This document shows positions 38,101 to 49,259 of a DNA stretch of 64,000 nucleotides, one piece after another (the stretch's first letter is position 1; the number at the start of each line of letters is the position of its first letter). The stretch lies in contig NC_092678.1 in assembly GCF_964355755.1 (NCBI RefSeq), positions 15,171,881-15,235,880 of the forward strand. Direction: 5' to 3'. Below the pieces are notes generated by a model. That model was not told where the DNA came from, did not search any database, and saw only the letters and a list, made by a program, of their open reading frames with translations. Made by a program: the position numbers and the translations under genes. Origin of the DNA: Antedon mediterranea. Taxonomy: Eukaryota; Animalia; Echinodermata.

Positions 38101-41100
38101 TTAATAAAACATTACCGGTATCGGTTCCAGAAAACATTTCTATTCCATTTATGACGTCTCATTTATAATTAATATGAATTATTCGGAATTCGTTATTTCA
38201 AATTCAAAAACAGTTATTAAATATAATAACAAAATTAATTAATTAAAACTATATTTTGTAGACATGCCATAAACGACAGGTGTTTGTAGAAACAATATTA
38301 CATTGTAGACTAAGTGCGTCTCGCCAATTATGTCATCATATAATTGACTGTCAACCACACATTTGCATTACAATTATAGTAGTCTTTCATTGCATCTGTG
38401 TATTTTTTTAAAACTGGTTAGAATATAATTATTACCTCTTGAAAACATTTCATTTCGGTCCTTATTTTTATGTAGGAGTACATTTTTTGTTTTGATTTAA
38501 TCAATCGAGGTCGAGAGGGCGCACTAGCGGTGGTTGGTCGTGTTTGTGATTTTGTAGTCTGGAGAACTTTTTACTATCATTATTTTTACACTTTTCGATC
38601 GCAAGTATTTAAAAAACATAACGCTATTTGCTCTTTAGTATTATTGCTGGACGGATTCATAGAAAATAAGCCTTTTTGTTCAAGGATTGTTGTGATTTTT
38701 AAGGATGGCTAGTGGAGGCTATATTGGAGGTGGTGGTAGGCCTAAGACAGCTCGTAAGCTTAGGTCGGCGTTAACCCCAGCGGGGGATGATTCGATACCT
38801 CATCTAGGCCTATGTGGTAGTTGTAGTAAAGCTGTTGATAATCAATCAGTAACGTGTGGCATGTGTGGGTTTTGTTTTCATTGTTCATGTCAAGACGTAG
38901 GAAAGTCTTTATTTGATGTTATTTCATCTGGTGAACAGGGCCTTCATTGGTATTGTCGTACCTGTAATAAGTCTGCCTGTGGTTTTTTGAAAGCGTTGTC
39001 GACGATCGGTAAAACACAAGAAAATATTCTCAAATACATAAAACGTATAGATGAAACTATCACACGAAATTCAAGTGATATTGCTGATCTCAAGGCTAAG
39101 GATTCAACTGATAAGATTGATTTGTTAACAGCAATAAATGAGAGATTTGAAGATGAAGCTGAGAAGGAAAGAAGAAGGTGTAACCTAATGTTATATAATA
39201 TTGAGGAAAATACAAGTAGTGATCCCATGATCCGCAAACAACATGACTTATCTGTTATCCGTTCTTTTTGTAACGGTTCAGTTGATATCGACGCCGAAAT
39301 GAAAGTTATCTATCGTGTTGGAAAAGCTGAGAAGGATATTAAGAGGCCTTTGAAATTAGTTTTCAGAAAGGAATCTATTAAACGTCAAGTTTTTTCTTTA
39401 GCAATTCAAAAGGGTTTTGCTGTTAGTAATGATAGAACCATGAAAGAAAGAGAAGCATTCACTAAGTTAAAAGGTGAATTAAACACGCGATTAGATGCAG
39501 GTGAGAAAGACATAGTTATCCGAAGTGGGAAGATTGTGAAGCTTTTTCGTTCCCAATAAAGAAAATAAAAACAGAAAGTTCTCTAATTTAAAAGAAAGTA
39601 CGTTTTCCAATCAGAAATTTAACTTTTGGTACTCAAATTGTGATGGTTTTCTAAATAAGAAGTCAGAGTTACTTTCCCGTTTGGTTTCAGAAAAAGGTGA
39701 TTTTATTGCATTGACAGAGATTTTACCAAAGCATTGTTTATACCCGCCACTGGTAAATGAATTTCGTGTCCAAGGTTACCAAGCAGTTTTTTCGAATGAG
39801 GATTTTACTTCTGGTCGTGGTGTTTTAATTTATGTCAGAAATGGAATTTCAGTTTCTCAAATTTTCTTTAAGAAGAATAAGTTTGTAGAGTCAGTTTGGG
39901 TTAGAGTAAAAGAAGTAAAAACGGATCTTTTATTAGGTTGTGTTTACCGTAGCCCGACTTGTAGTATGGATAATAATATCAAGCTGAACTCATTGTTCCG
40001 TGAAGTATATAAATCATCTTTTTCTGATTTAATCGTTGTCGGCGATTTTAACTATAAAAGTATTAACTGGGAATTAAATTGTGTGTCTTCGGAAGATGGA
40101 GATTCCAGCAGAAGTTTCTTTGACACCATCAACGATCTATTTTTAATTCAACACGTTATGGAACCTACTAGATACAGAGAAGGCGAAACACCCAATGTTT
40201 TGGATCTGGTTTTTACAGACAAAGAGAATACTATAAATGGCATTATGCAGTCTCCACCACTGGGTAAAAGCAACCATATGATGTTACAATTTTCATTGGA
40301 TCTTGTAAGAGATGACAGAATTGAACCAAATATTCGAAGTTACAGGCATGGTAACTATGATTTGCTGCGCGAGAAAATTGGTTTGGTAGATTGGGATGTG
40401 GTTTTCAATGACAAATCAGGTATTCAATCGTGGGACGAATTCGAGCATATACTTGCGAAGAATATTGATGAGTGTATCCCGATGAGGAAGGTTTGCCACG
40501 GAAGAAAACCCCTTTGGATGAACAAAAAAATTGAAAAGCAGATTGCCAAAAAGAATAAATGTTGGAAACAGTATGTAAAGGCCAAGAGAAAACAAAAAGT
40601 ATGTATGTCAGCAAAATGGTCGAAGTTTGTCCAAGTAAGAAATCAAACAGTAGATCTGATTCGATGTAGTAAATCTGACTTCGAAAATAAAATAGCAATT
40701 GAGATCAAATCTAATGAAAAGTCTTTTTGGAGGTATCTCAGTTCTCAAATCAATATAAAGTCTGGTATACCCAACTTTGATAGTAATGGAAGGCATGTGT
40801 CTGATGACAAGGATAAGGGTAATTTTGCTAAACACGTTTTTTAGTAGTGTATTTGTCGATGAAAATGTTTCGAATGTACCGGCTGTTGATGACATTTCAG
40901 AGGATTTTTTATCTCAAGTTGACTTTCCTTGTGACGAAATCTTAAATATTTTGAATTTTTTGAATCAACGTTAAATATTACTAAAACAGCTGGACCTGAT
41001 GGTATTCACCAACGCATCTTAGTCGAACTAAAGGATATCATTTGCTACCCCTCCATATTATTTTTACGAAATTGTTTAAAGAAGGAGCCGTCCCTAATAG

Positions 41101-42925
41101 TTGGAAACGGGCTACAGTGGTACCGATTTTTAAAAAAGGAGTGAAGTCTGACCCAAGCAACTATAGACCTGTGAGTTTAACTTCGGTAGTTGGTAAAATT
41201 ATGGAGAGAATTATCAGGAAGGAATTATTGGACTTTCTTGAACATCACTCACTTATTTGTTATGAGCAATTTGGTTTCCGGCAAGGTCGTTCCTGTGCTT
41301 TACAATTACTTGATGTTCTTGAAAACTGGTTTTCTTATTTTGATAATCAAGATTGTTTTGATTTTATCTACCTTGACTACAAGAAGGCTTTCGATAGTGT
41401 GCCTCATCATAGACTCCTTCTGAAAATGAGTGCATTGGGTATTAGAGGTAAACTTCTAAACTGGTTTCAAGAATTTCTTAACGATAGACAACAACGGGTT
41501 AGTGTCAATGGATGTGTTTCAGATTGGGCTGATGTTCGTAGTGGTATCCCACAAGGAAGCGTCGTTGGACCTGTTCTTTTCATTATGTTTATAAATGATT
41601 TACCTTCTGTTATTTCTTCCTCTGTACGCATGTTTGCAGATGATACTAAATTGTATAGAGTAGTTAACACTGTGAATGATGCTCAAGTTCTACAAGAAGA
41701 TTTAGAGAAAGCATGTGACTGGTCTGACAAATGGCAATTACCTTTTAACGAGGGTAAGTGCAAAGTAATGCACTTTGGGAAGAAAAACAACAAACATCTG
41801 TATGCCATGCGTGGTTTCTTATTGAATGAAGTTGATCATGAAAAAAACCTCGGTGTTACTATTGACTCTAAACTTGTTTTTAATGTACGTGTGGCAGATG
41901 TAGCAATGAGAGCAAATCGGAAGTTGGGCATGGTATATCGAGCTTTCAAGTTTTTAAATATGGATGAGTTTCTTCGTTTATATAAAGCTATTATTCGTCC
42001 AACCTTGGAATACTGCAACGTTGTTTTTAACTCGCTACATTGTAAGGAGGAAGACCTATTGGAAAAAGTTCAAGAACGTGCCACCAAGCTTATTTTTTCC
42101 ATTCGTCATTTACCTTATTCAGAAAGGCTGAAAATTCTCAACCTACCTACTCTCGCATACTGAAGGCAAAGAGCTCATTTGATACAGATTTTTAAAATTT
42201 TACATGGAGTGGATAGTATTTCTGCCAATTCTTTTTTTTGAGAGTAATGTTAGAACACGTGGTCATTCTTTTAAATTAAAATTTAAGTTCTCACGCACAA
42301 ATTGGATGAGGGACTCATTTGGTCGAAAAGCTATTATATTATGGAATTCGTTATCGGAGGATGTAGTAGCTTCAAGATCAACCAATCAATTTAAGTCCGG
42401 TCTTGAACGGGCATGGTCCAACCACCCTCTTAAATTTGCGCCATATTCAAGAGTTGATGTAATTATCAAGAAGGGCTTATAGGCATAGCCTAGCCTCGAC
42501 TCCGGACCCAGCATTGCTGAGCTCCGGAAACAAGTAAACAAGTAAGTAAGTAAGTACAATATACAAGTACGAAATAAAAACGTACTTACTTCGACGTTTT
42601 GCAAGCGTTTCGTTTTCCAAGTAGAATGTTGTTGTTAGTTCCGTTGACATTGGTCAGTACATGTACGACATGCTATGTAACAAGCCAGAATATTATGTGT
42701 TGTATATAAAAAAGAATGAATTTGAATTTACAATAATTATCAATGTGACATGACCGAAAAACATGATTACATTACAACTGAAATTAATATTTTGTAAAAT
42801 ACATGAATATGATTTATTTCTAGTTTGGATACACTCCACATACGTATTTACGATATGCCGATCCTACAACAGAAATAGTGACTTGTCTCATGCAGCATCA
42901 CGCATCAGTAACATCATAAAATGTG
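35130..42925 (+). CDS. Tandemly duplicated single-ankyrin-repeat exons (35130-35234, 37117-37221, 37963-38067; 42824-42925 has an in-frame stop)
   Basis: 105-nt phase-0 AG/GT exons: FGDTPLHSYLRCANPTTEIVACLIKHGASVTSQNL, YGDTPLHSYLRWPNPTTEIVACLIQHGAVVTSQNK and LGNTPLYSYLRWSNPTTEIVTFLIQHGAVVASQNK; flanking introns are also homologous. Confidence 0.88.
35480..36640 (+). mobile_element. Old 5'-truncated LINE (RT C-terminal region) in an ankyrin intron
   Basis: LFADDV, AMVFRNG..W, LLYDSELGWG and HNMLIERGRH...RICMFCD..LEDEKHFLLYCP across many disruptions. Confidence 0.75.
38505..42556 (+). mobile_element. Near full-length CR1-clade LINE: PHD-finger ORF1 (38705-39559), EN-RT ORF2 (about 39600-42480, few disruptions), (AAGT)n tail
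   Basis: ORF1 has a C4HC3 PHD finger. ORF2 has VYRSP, GDFN, LDLVFT, NYRPVSLTS, KAFDSVPH, GIPQGSVVGP, FADD, EKVQERATK and TRGHSFKL. Ends CAAGTAAACAAGTAAGTAAGTAAGTA. Confidence 0.95.
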
Positions 42926-44339
42926 GTAATCCACATTCAATTATTGTAGGTCGTTATGTCGTTATTATGAAAACAATATAGTTAGTATTACTTATTTATA
43001 ATTATTTATTGCGAATTTTAAAAGCAGTTATCGAATGAATGAAAAATTAATGAAGACATGTCATGAACGACATGTGTAGAAACAATTATGAAATCATAAT
43101 AATCGATTGAATCAGCCAATTTTTTCTTCGAAATTATTTATTCTAACAAACAATTGATGCAAATATCAACTTACTGTCAAACTTAGCACTAGCCACACGA
43201 TCATTACAGTTCTCTATCCTCGGTATGAGATATGAATATGTAGTAGATAATGACATTATGCTAACCTTCCGATAATCAGTGCAAAAACGATACGATTTAT
43301 CTTGTGTTGGAAGTTATACGAATACACATGGGGAATTCCAAGCACTGTAACTAGGCTCTATGATATCATTTCTAATCATACCGTCACTCGTCACTCGTCA
43401 CACGAACCGCACAGCTGTTCCAGAAATATGAATTAAGTGCAGCGCCCCCAACGTTTCATAGCGTTTTATGGAGTAGCGATTCCGAAAACATATTGTATAC
43501 AAACCACACGAGGAACCCGGAAGCAATCAAGCATAAAACGACTGTTTTTTAATAGCAAATAAAAACAAATAAAGACCGCAAAAGTCAGAAAAATAATGAA
43601 TATTCATTAGAACAACCCTGGATGAAGGTGAAAAACATGTTGTCGTCGTTTTATCACGTGGATTTTAAGAGGTAATGTAATTGAAAATTGTACACCCAAC
43701 GCCAGTTTTTTTCTCAAGTGATACCTTTAAAAAGTAGGTATAAATGTTGTTTTCCATATCAGTTTAAAAATATTTTTTTCTGTTGAATTCTTTGATTTAG
43801 TTGAATACTTTAGTTATCCTTGAATGTTTTAACAAGGATCGTATTCATATAGCCTGGCTGGATTTTTTCCTATGCTAGCTTATAATAGGCTATGCCCAGG
43901 CCCCCTTGCGTGGTTAAAACCAGCTGTGTAAGACTAATGGCTGTTTATTTTTAACACGTAAACATGTATATTCGGAGTGCCTGAGTGACAGTTGACCTGT
44001 TATAAAGCTGATTAATTACTTGTTCCTGGTCCTAATTAAAAATTAGGCCTAGTCTAGGCCTAAGCTTTTTTAATAATCATTCATATTGGGAGAGGAGTAC
44101 AGAGTAGGCCAGGATACAGGCCTAGCTAGGCCTATATTATATATAGGCTAGGCTACATCATCAGCAGGTTAAAGGCTAGCAGCCTACCTAGCATGTCTTA
44201 GTCAAAGATCTGTAATATATTAATAGAAAGAAGCTATAGAGTACTGTGACATTAGATATTTAATCATAAATGCATATTTCTTTCATATTTGCATTGTATT
44301 ATATATGCAATCACAATCTAAATCAGTAAATAACATCAA

Positions 44340-44640
44340 TTTCCGTTATCCCCATGTTGTGACACATGCAATGTTATTGAGAATGATAAACATATGTTAG
44401 TAGAGTGCATAACAGTAAAATGTTTATGGAGAGAGATAAACGAAATAATTAGAGCAGTAAGCATACATATTCCTGTTTTTTCTTTCAAAAGACTTTTATT
44501 TGAAACTGACAATAATTACGTAAATAAATTATACACTTTAGGAGCATTTTGTATTTATAAAGTAAAGATATTAAGTTTATTGGAAAAAGAAAAAAAAAAT
44601 CAATCTCCTACAAATGTTTAAATCTGAAAAAAAGATAAGA
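44340..44640 (+). mobile_element. L1/Tx1-like LINE C-terminal zinc-finger remnant
   Basis: CDTCNVIENDKHMLVECITVKCLWREI fits the zf-RVT pattern CxxC...E...H....C......W. Confidence 0.6.
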
Positions 44641-46329
44641 AATATGTAAATCTGCAGGTATACTGTATATGCTCAACCAGATTAAGGAAGAAAATATGTA
44701 AATGAGATACCATGAATGATGAATCTATTATGTTTTTTTTTTTTTTTTTTTTTTTTTTTTCTACTATACTGTATATTTTGTAAATATGTATACCTTGATG
44801 ATTTGAAAACAAAAAGACAAAATGTGAAAAGCTTTTTATAGATTGATGATAAAAAAAAATGATGAAGGATAAGAAGGTTTAGGTTTAAGTGGTGAAGTGT
44901 TTTCATCAAAGCTTTCATATTATAGGTATATACCGTATATATGTAATTTGCACATTCTTACTGCATGTGGAATTTTGAAATGATAAAATGGTTAAAAAGA
45001 AAAAAAAAATGTCAATTTTTTTTAATGGATCATTAAACACAAATGTTGTTAAATGATAATGTATGTATAAAAAAATAATGGAATAAATAATAAGTAAAAA
45101 AAAATAATTGAATGAACCCACATAGGAAAAAAAAAGTTAAATGAAACTTTGATGGGTTATACTGTAGATGCAAAAAAGGATAATCTGTTGGAAATAAATT
45201 TTGTAAACATTTAAAGATAAAAAAAAATCAATGTTAAAGGATGAGGAAAATATAATGTTAACAGTAAAAAGTTAGTAAGTAATTAGTATAACTGAGAATA
45301 TGCACTGTTTAAATGAAAATATGTTTGCATAGATAAATCCAAAGAAAAATAAAATGGGACAAACCCATGGGATGGATTTATTAAACATAAACGTATTATA
45401 ATTGTATGAAATAAATATGCATGTAGATGAAAAAAAACCAGAAACAACTATGTAAGAAAAAATAAGCTTTGTTAATGAAAATGATAATGATAGATAATAT
45501 GTATAAAAAAAGGAAACTATGTAATCAATGTGGTTAAATGATAATGTATGTATAAACAAAATAATATATGGAAATATATTTTTTTTTTTTAAGAAAATAA
45601 GTAAAAAAAAAAAAGTGGAATGAATCCACATAAGAGAAGAAAGTAAAAAAGTTAAATGAAAATTTAAGAAGTTATAGATGCAAAAAAGGATCTGCTTGTT
45701 TTGTAAACATTAAAGAACAAAAATATTAATATTAATGTTAAAGGATGAGAACAATATTATGTTAACAGTAAACATTTAGTAAGTAATGAGTATAACAGAG
45801 AATATGCATTGTTAAATGGAAATGTGGTAGATGAAAAAAATCAAAAACAACTATGTAAGAAAAAAAATAAGCTTGTTAATGAAAATGTATTACAGATAAT
45901 ATGTTTAAAAAGAGGAAGCTATGTAATCAATGTGATAATATGTAAACAAATGAATAAAACTCTTTAAATAAGTATATGTATACAGATGATTAAACAAACA
46001 TTGTAAATATAATGATATGTATAGTGTATAGTGAAAAATATATGTAAAGAGAACAGTGGTATGGAAATAAAAGTAGGATGAACCCACATAAGATAAAAAA
46101 AAAAAAATTTCCGTTATCAATCAATAATATATATAAACCAAATTAAAATAAAATAACTTCCAAAAAATTAAATTCAATTACAATTCATATACCATTTGTT
46201 AAATATTTACAAAATCATTGTTCTAGCAATAACACAAACAAATACTACCATTCATACAGTATACTGTACATAATAATATGCAATACTGTAACAATTAACT
46301 GAGAAATAGCAAACTATTCCTCAACTTTT

Positions 46330-47400
46330 CTGCACTTAGTTACCGGCCTAGTTTCTTCATGCTGGATCTCAGGTGAAATAAACGTCAGATGTGACTTCAT
46401 GATTTCCCACAAAACTTTTTCCATGGTACTGCTGTCGAGGAATTTATTTTTTCTAAATACCTCGTCCATTTTTTTACATAGAGGTCCAGTTTCAAATCTC
46501 TTGGTTCATAGTAGTTCGCTAAATAAAATATATAAAAGAAATATGGCATTCATTTTTATAGTATTGCATGTTTTAGACATAATTTTAAAGGTGTATAATG
46601 TAGGACTGACCAAATCTTTGACCTCTTGTTCTTTTAGATTTATTCTGTGGCCAGTCTCTGCAATCTTACTATGCTGTTTTGCCACAAGTGACACTGAGAG
46701 TTCATTTCTTAAATGCTCAAGATTCTCTTCTAAAGACTGGATTTTAATCATTGTACTTTGTAGCATGTCGATGTGCTGCAGCTTCTGATTTTCTCTTTCT
46801 TCTAGATGATCACCTGAGATTAAACAATATTGGTCAACCAAATAAATGTCAATCTGCATCAAAAATGAGCATCAAAATTATTAAATTTTAAAAATGTTAA
46901 CTATTTCTTGTAGCAGATAATGATAATATATGGATAATTCATAGGAAAATAAGTTCCAGCCAAAGGTTTGCTTTATTATGCATAACATAGAATAAACAAT
47001 TTTGAAATTCCATGCTCAAAGGGACAATGTATATTTAAAGGGCAACTTGACCAATTAAGTTATTATGTAATGTAGATGTAAAGTTGAAACAACATTTGAA
47101 TTTACCAGTCAAGATGTCAGCATCCTGTCGCATGTTGAATATTATAACATATTGACACCTGGAAAAATAGTTGATTGAGGAAATATTTAATAAAGAAAAG
47201 AGGTATATTTATAAATTACTGTAACAATTGTTTATTTCGACAGTTATTTTATACTAACATTGTTCTTTAATATGAAGTACAAACACACATTTCATTGTTT
47301 GGAGTGTGTATTAAACTTTCTAAAGAGGTGGTTGTGATTATTTACCTACCCTGTTTAATTCAATGTCTACCAGGTATGGCCTAACAACGCTGTGCGATAT
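46330..47400 (-). pseudogene. Decayed intron-containing transposase remnant, possibly RAG1/Transib/Chapaev-related
   Basis: GPLCKKMDEVF...IPRQQYHGKSFVGNH across a frameshift at about 46445, preceded by a coiled-coil segment and RPYLVDIELNR ending at a GT donor (about 47350). Confidence 0.45.
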
Positions 47401-48854
47401 TGTTTTGCTTCTTTTTTTTCACTGCCATGGTCTACAAAAGACTTGTAGGCCTTGAGATATCTACAGGCTTGAGGAATATTGTTGGTTCTGATGTCATCTT
47501 GATTACAAAAACAATAGATGCAACTGTACTTTCCTTTAAAAATAAATCAATTTTTAAATCTACAGTACTTCAGTTTTGTGTCCAAACAAATCCAAACAAG
47601 AGAGCTAATAGCCAAAATATTAAACCATTATTATACTGTACAAATGTATTATTATTAAGGCCTAGCCTAGGCTGCAACTGTCACTCAGTCACACCAGCTA
47701 GCCTAAAAATGCACCAGGAAAGCAATAATTATTATTATAAACACATGCCATTAATTATTTGGTAACAGTTATAATGATTACATTTAGGATTAGGGTAATT
47801 AAAGGTTTAACTATTACGAATTTTCTATGTTTCGGCCTAGCTTCATTCTAGGCCCACATTACCGTCACGGTCATCGCGCGCGTCAACGCACTTTCTAAGC
47901 CTATCGCCAAACCATTTTCTCGCCGATAACAATAACAATGTATAAAAGGGTTGCAAAATATGCGAGTTTTACTAAAAACTGAACCAGGCTATATTGACAA
48001 AACTAGTATTATTTTGTTTATATAATAATGTTGGACTATATTCTAGTTCGTTCTTTTTCTAAAAAAAATGAATTATGTACAAAAAAAAGTAAAGAATACA
48101 ATGATATTTTCTACTTACGATTGTTTACTATTTCATTACACAGTTTATCTCAACTTCCTGGTTTATGTGCGGGAGAGTATTTCATTAAAATGGACAATAT
48201 CGTCGTTTATTTATTAATTTATAGTAAAGAAACAATAACATATTTATTTTTTAATTGAACATACACTTTTTTTAATCGTTTAGTTTTGTATAAAATGTTT
48301 TTACTACATAAAAACTCACGATAGCGAAATCTAATTTAGCGTTCGCGAAATAATGGTTTGTAAACAAAAATTATATGTCCGCGTGACTCGGAGGAGCCTC
48401 GTCTGCTAACACTGAGGGCGCTTGACTTTTTCTGATATCTTAACACTAGTTGAAACAGCGGCGAATCGTCATTTAGGCGGAACATTTTCTTTTTTTATAT
48501 TTTGAAAGTATTTATGCTAAAGAACAATTGATGCAAATATAAATTGCGTATCTTATTTCATTAATTAATTATTTTAATTATAATTTGGCGAATATTGTAT
48601 GATATTATAATTATTCGTCACACGAACAGTCTTATATCGATTCGTTACTTCATGGGAGGAAAACGCGCATCGCGCACTGTTTACGCGCCTCAATAAACGG
48701 CGAATATTGCTGCTAACAAGTGATCTTGTTGGATTATTGTGTATCTGGAACAATCCATTATATGATGGCTAATGTTCAGTCGCCCGATGTTAGAGTGAGC
48801 ATAGTTTATAGAATTTTGAACCGTAATTTACCAAGTAAAAACGGATTGATGTGG

Positions 48855-49040
48855 TTATTACCTCCGCCAAGGAGATTATTATGTTCACCCCTATAAATGT
48901 GTGTGTGTGGGTGTGTGTGTGTGTGTGTCTGTGAACAGCATGGAGGCCACATTCCGATTCTCACCAAACTTAGCAATGATCAATGACTCATCATATTGTA
49001 TTTACATTTTTAAAGGTCAGGGTCAAAGATCAAGGTCCAC
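48855..49040 (+). mobile_element. Helentron/HINE-like non-autonomous element, partial
   Basis: TTATTACCTCCGCCAAGGAG start, (GT)n microsatellite, TCACCAAACTT and AGGTCAAAG motifs; homologous to 56459-56853. Confidence 0.65.
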
Positions 49041-49173
49041 AAAAAAGAAAAAAAAACAACTTCATTATAACTTTTTGTATTCACTTGTGACTATCATTCA
49101 GAGCCAAGCACCTAAAGATTGAGTTCATACTCATGAAACAGCATGTAGTGCAATACAATGTTCAGTTGGTAAT

Positions 49174-49177
<4 letters not shown>

Positions 49178-49256
<79 letters not shown>
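49178..49256. repeat. (TA)n microsatellite
   Basis: Uninterrupted TA run directly before the 364-bp array. Confidence 0.98.

Positions 49257-49259
<3 letters not shown>

Noticed and set aside
44618-46120. Phe/Ile-rich minus-strand ORFs
   Set aside because: Low-complexity A-rich sequence with a local ~500-bp duplication; no protein features.
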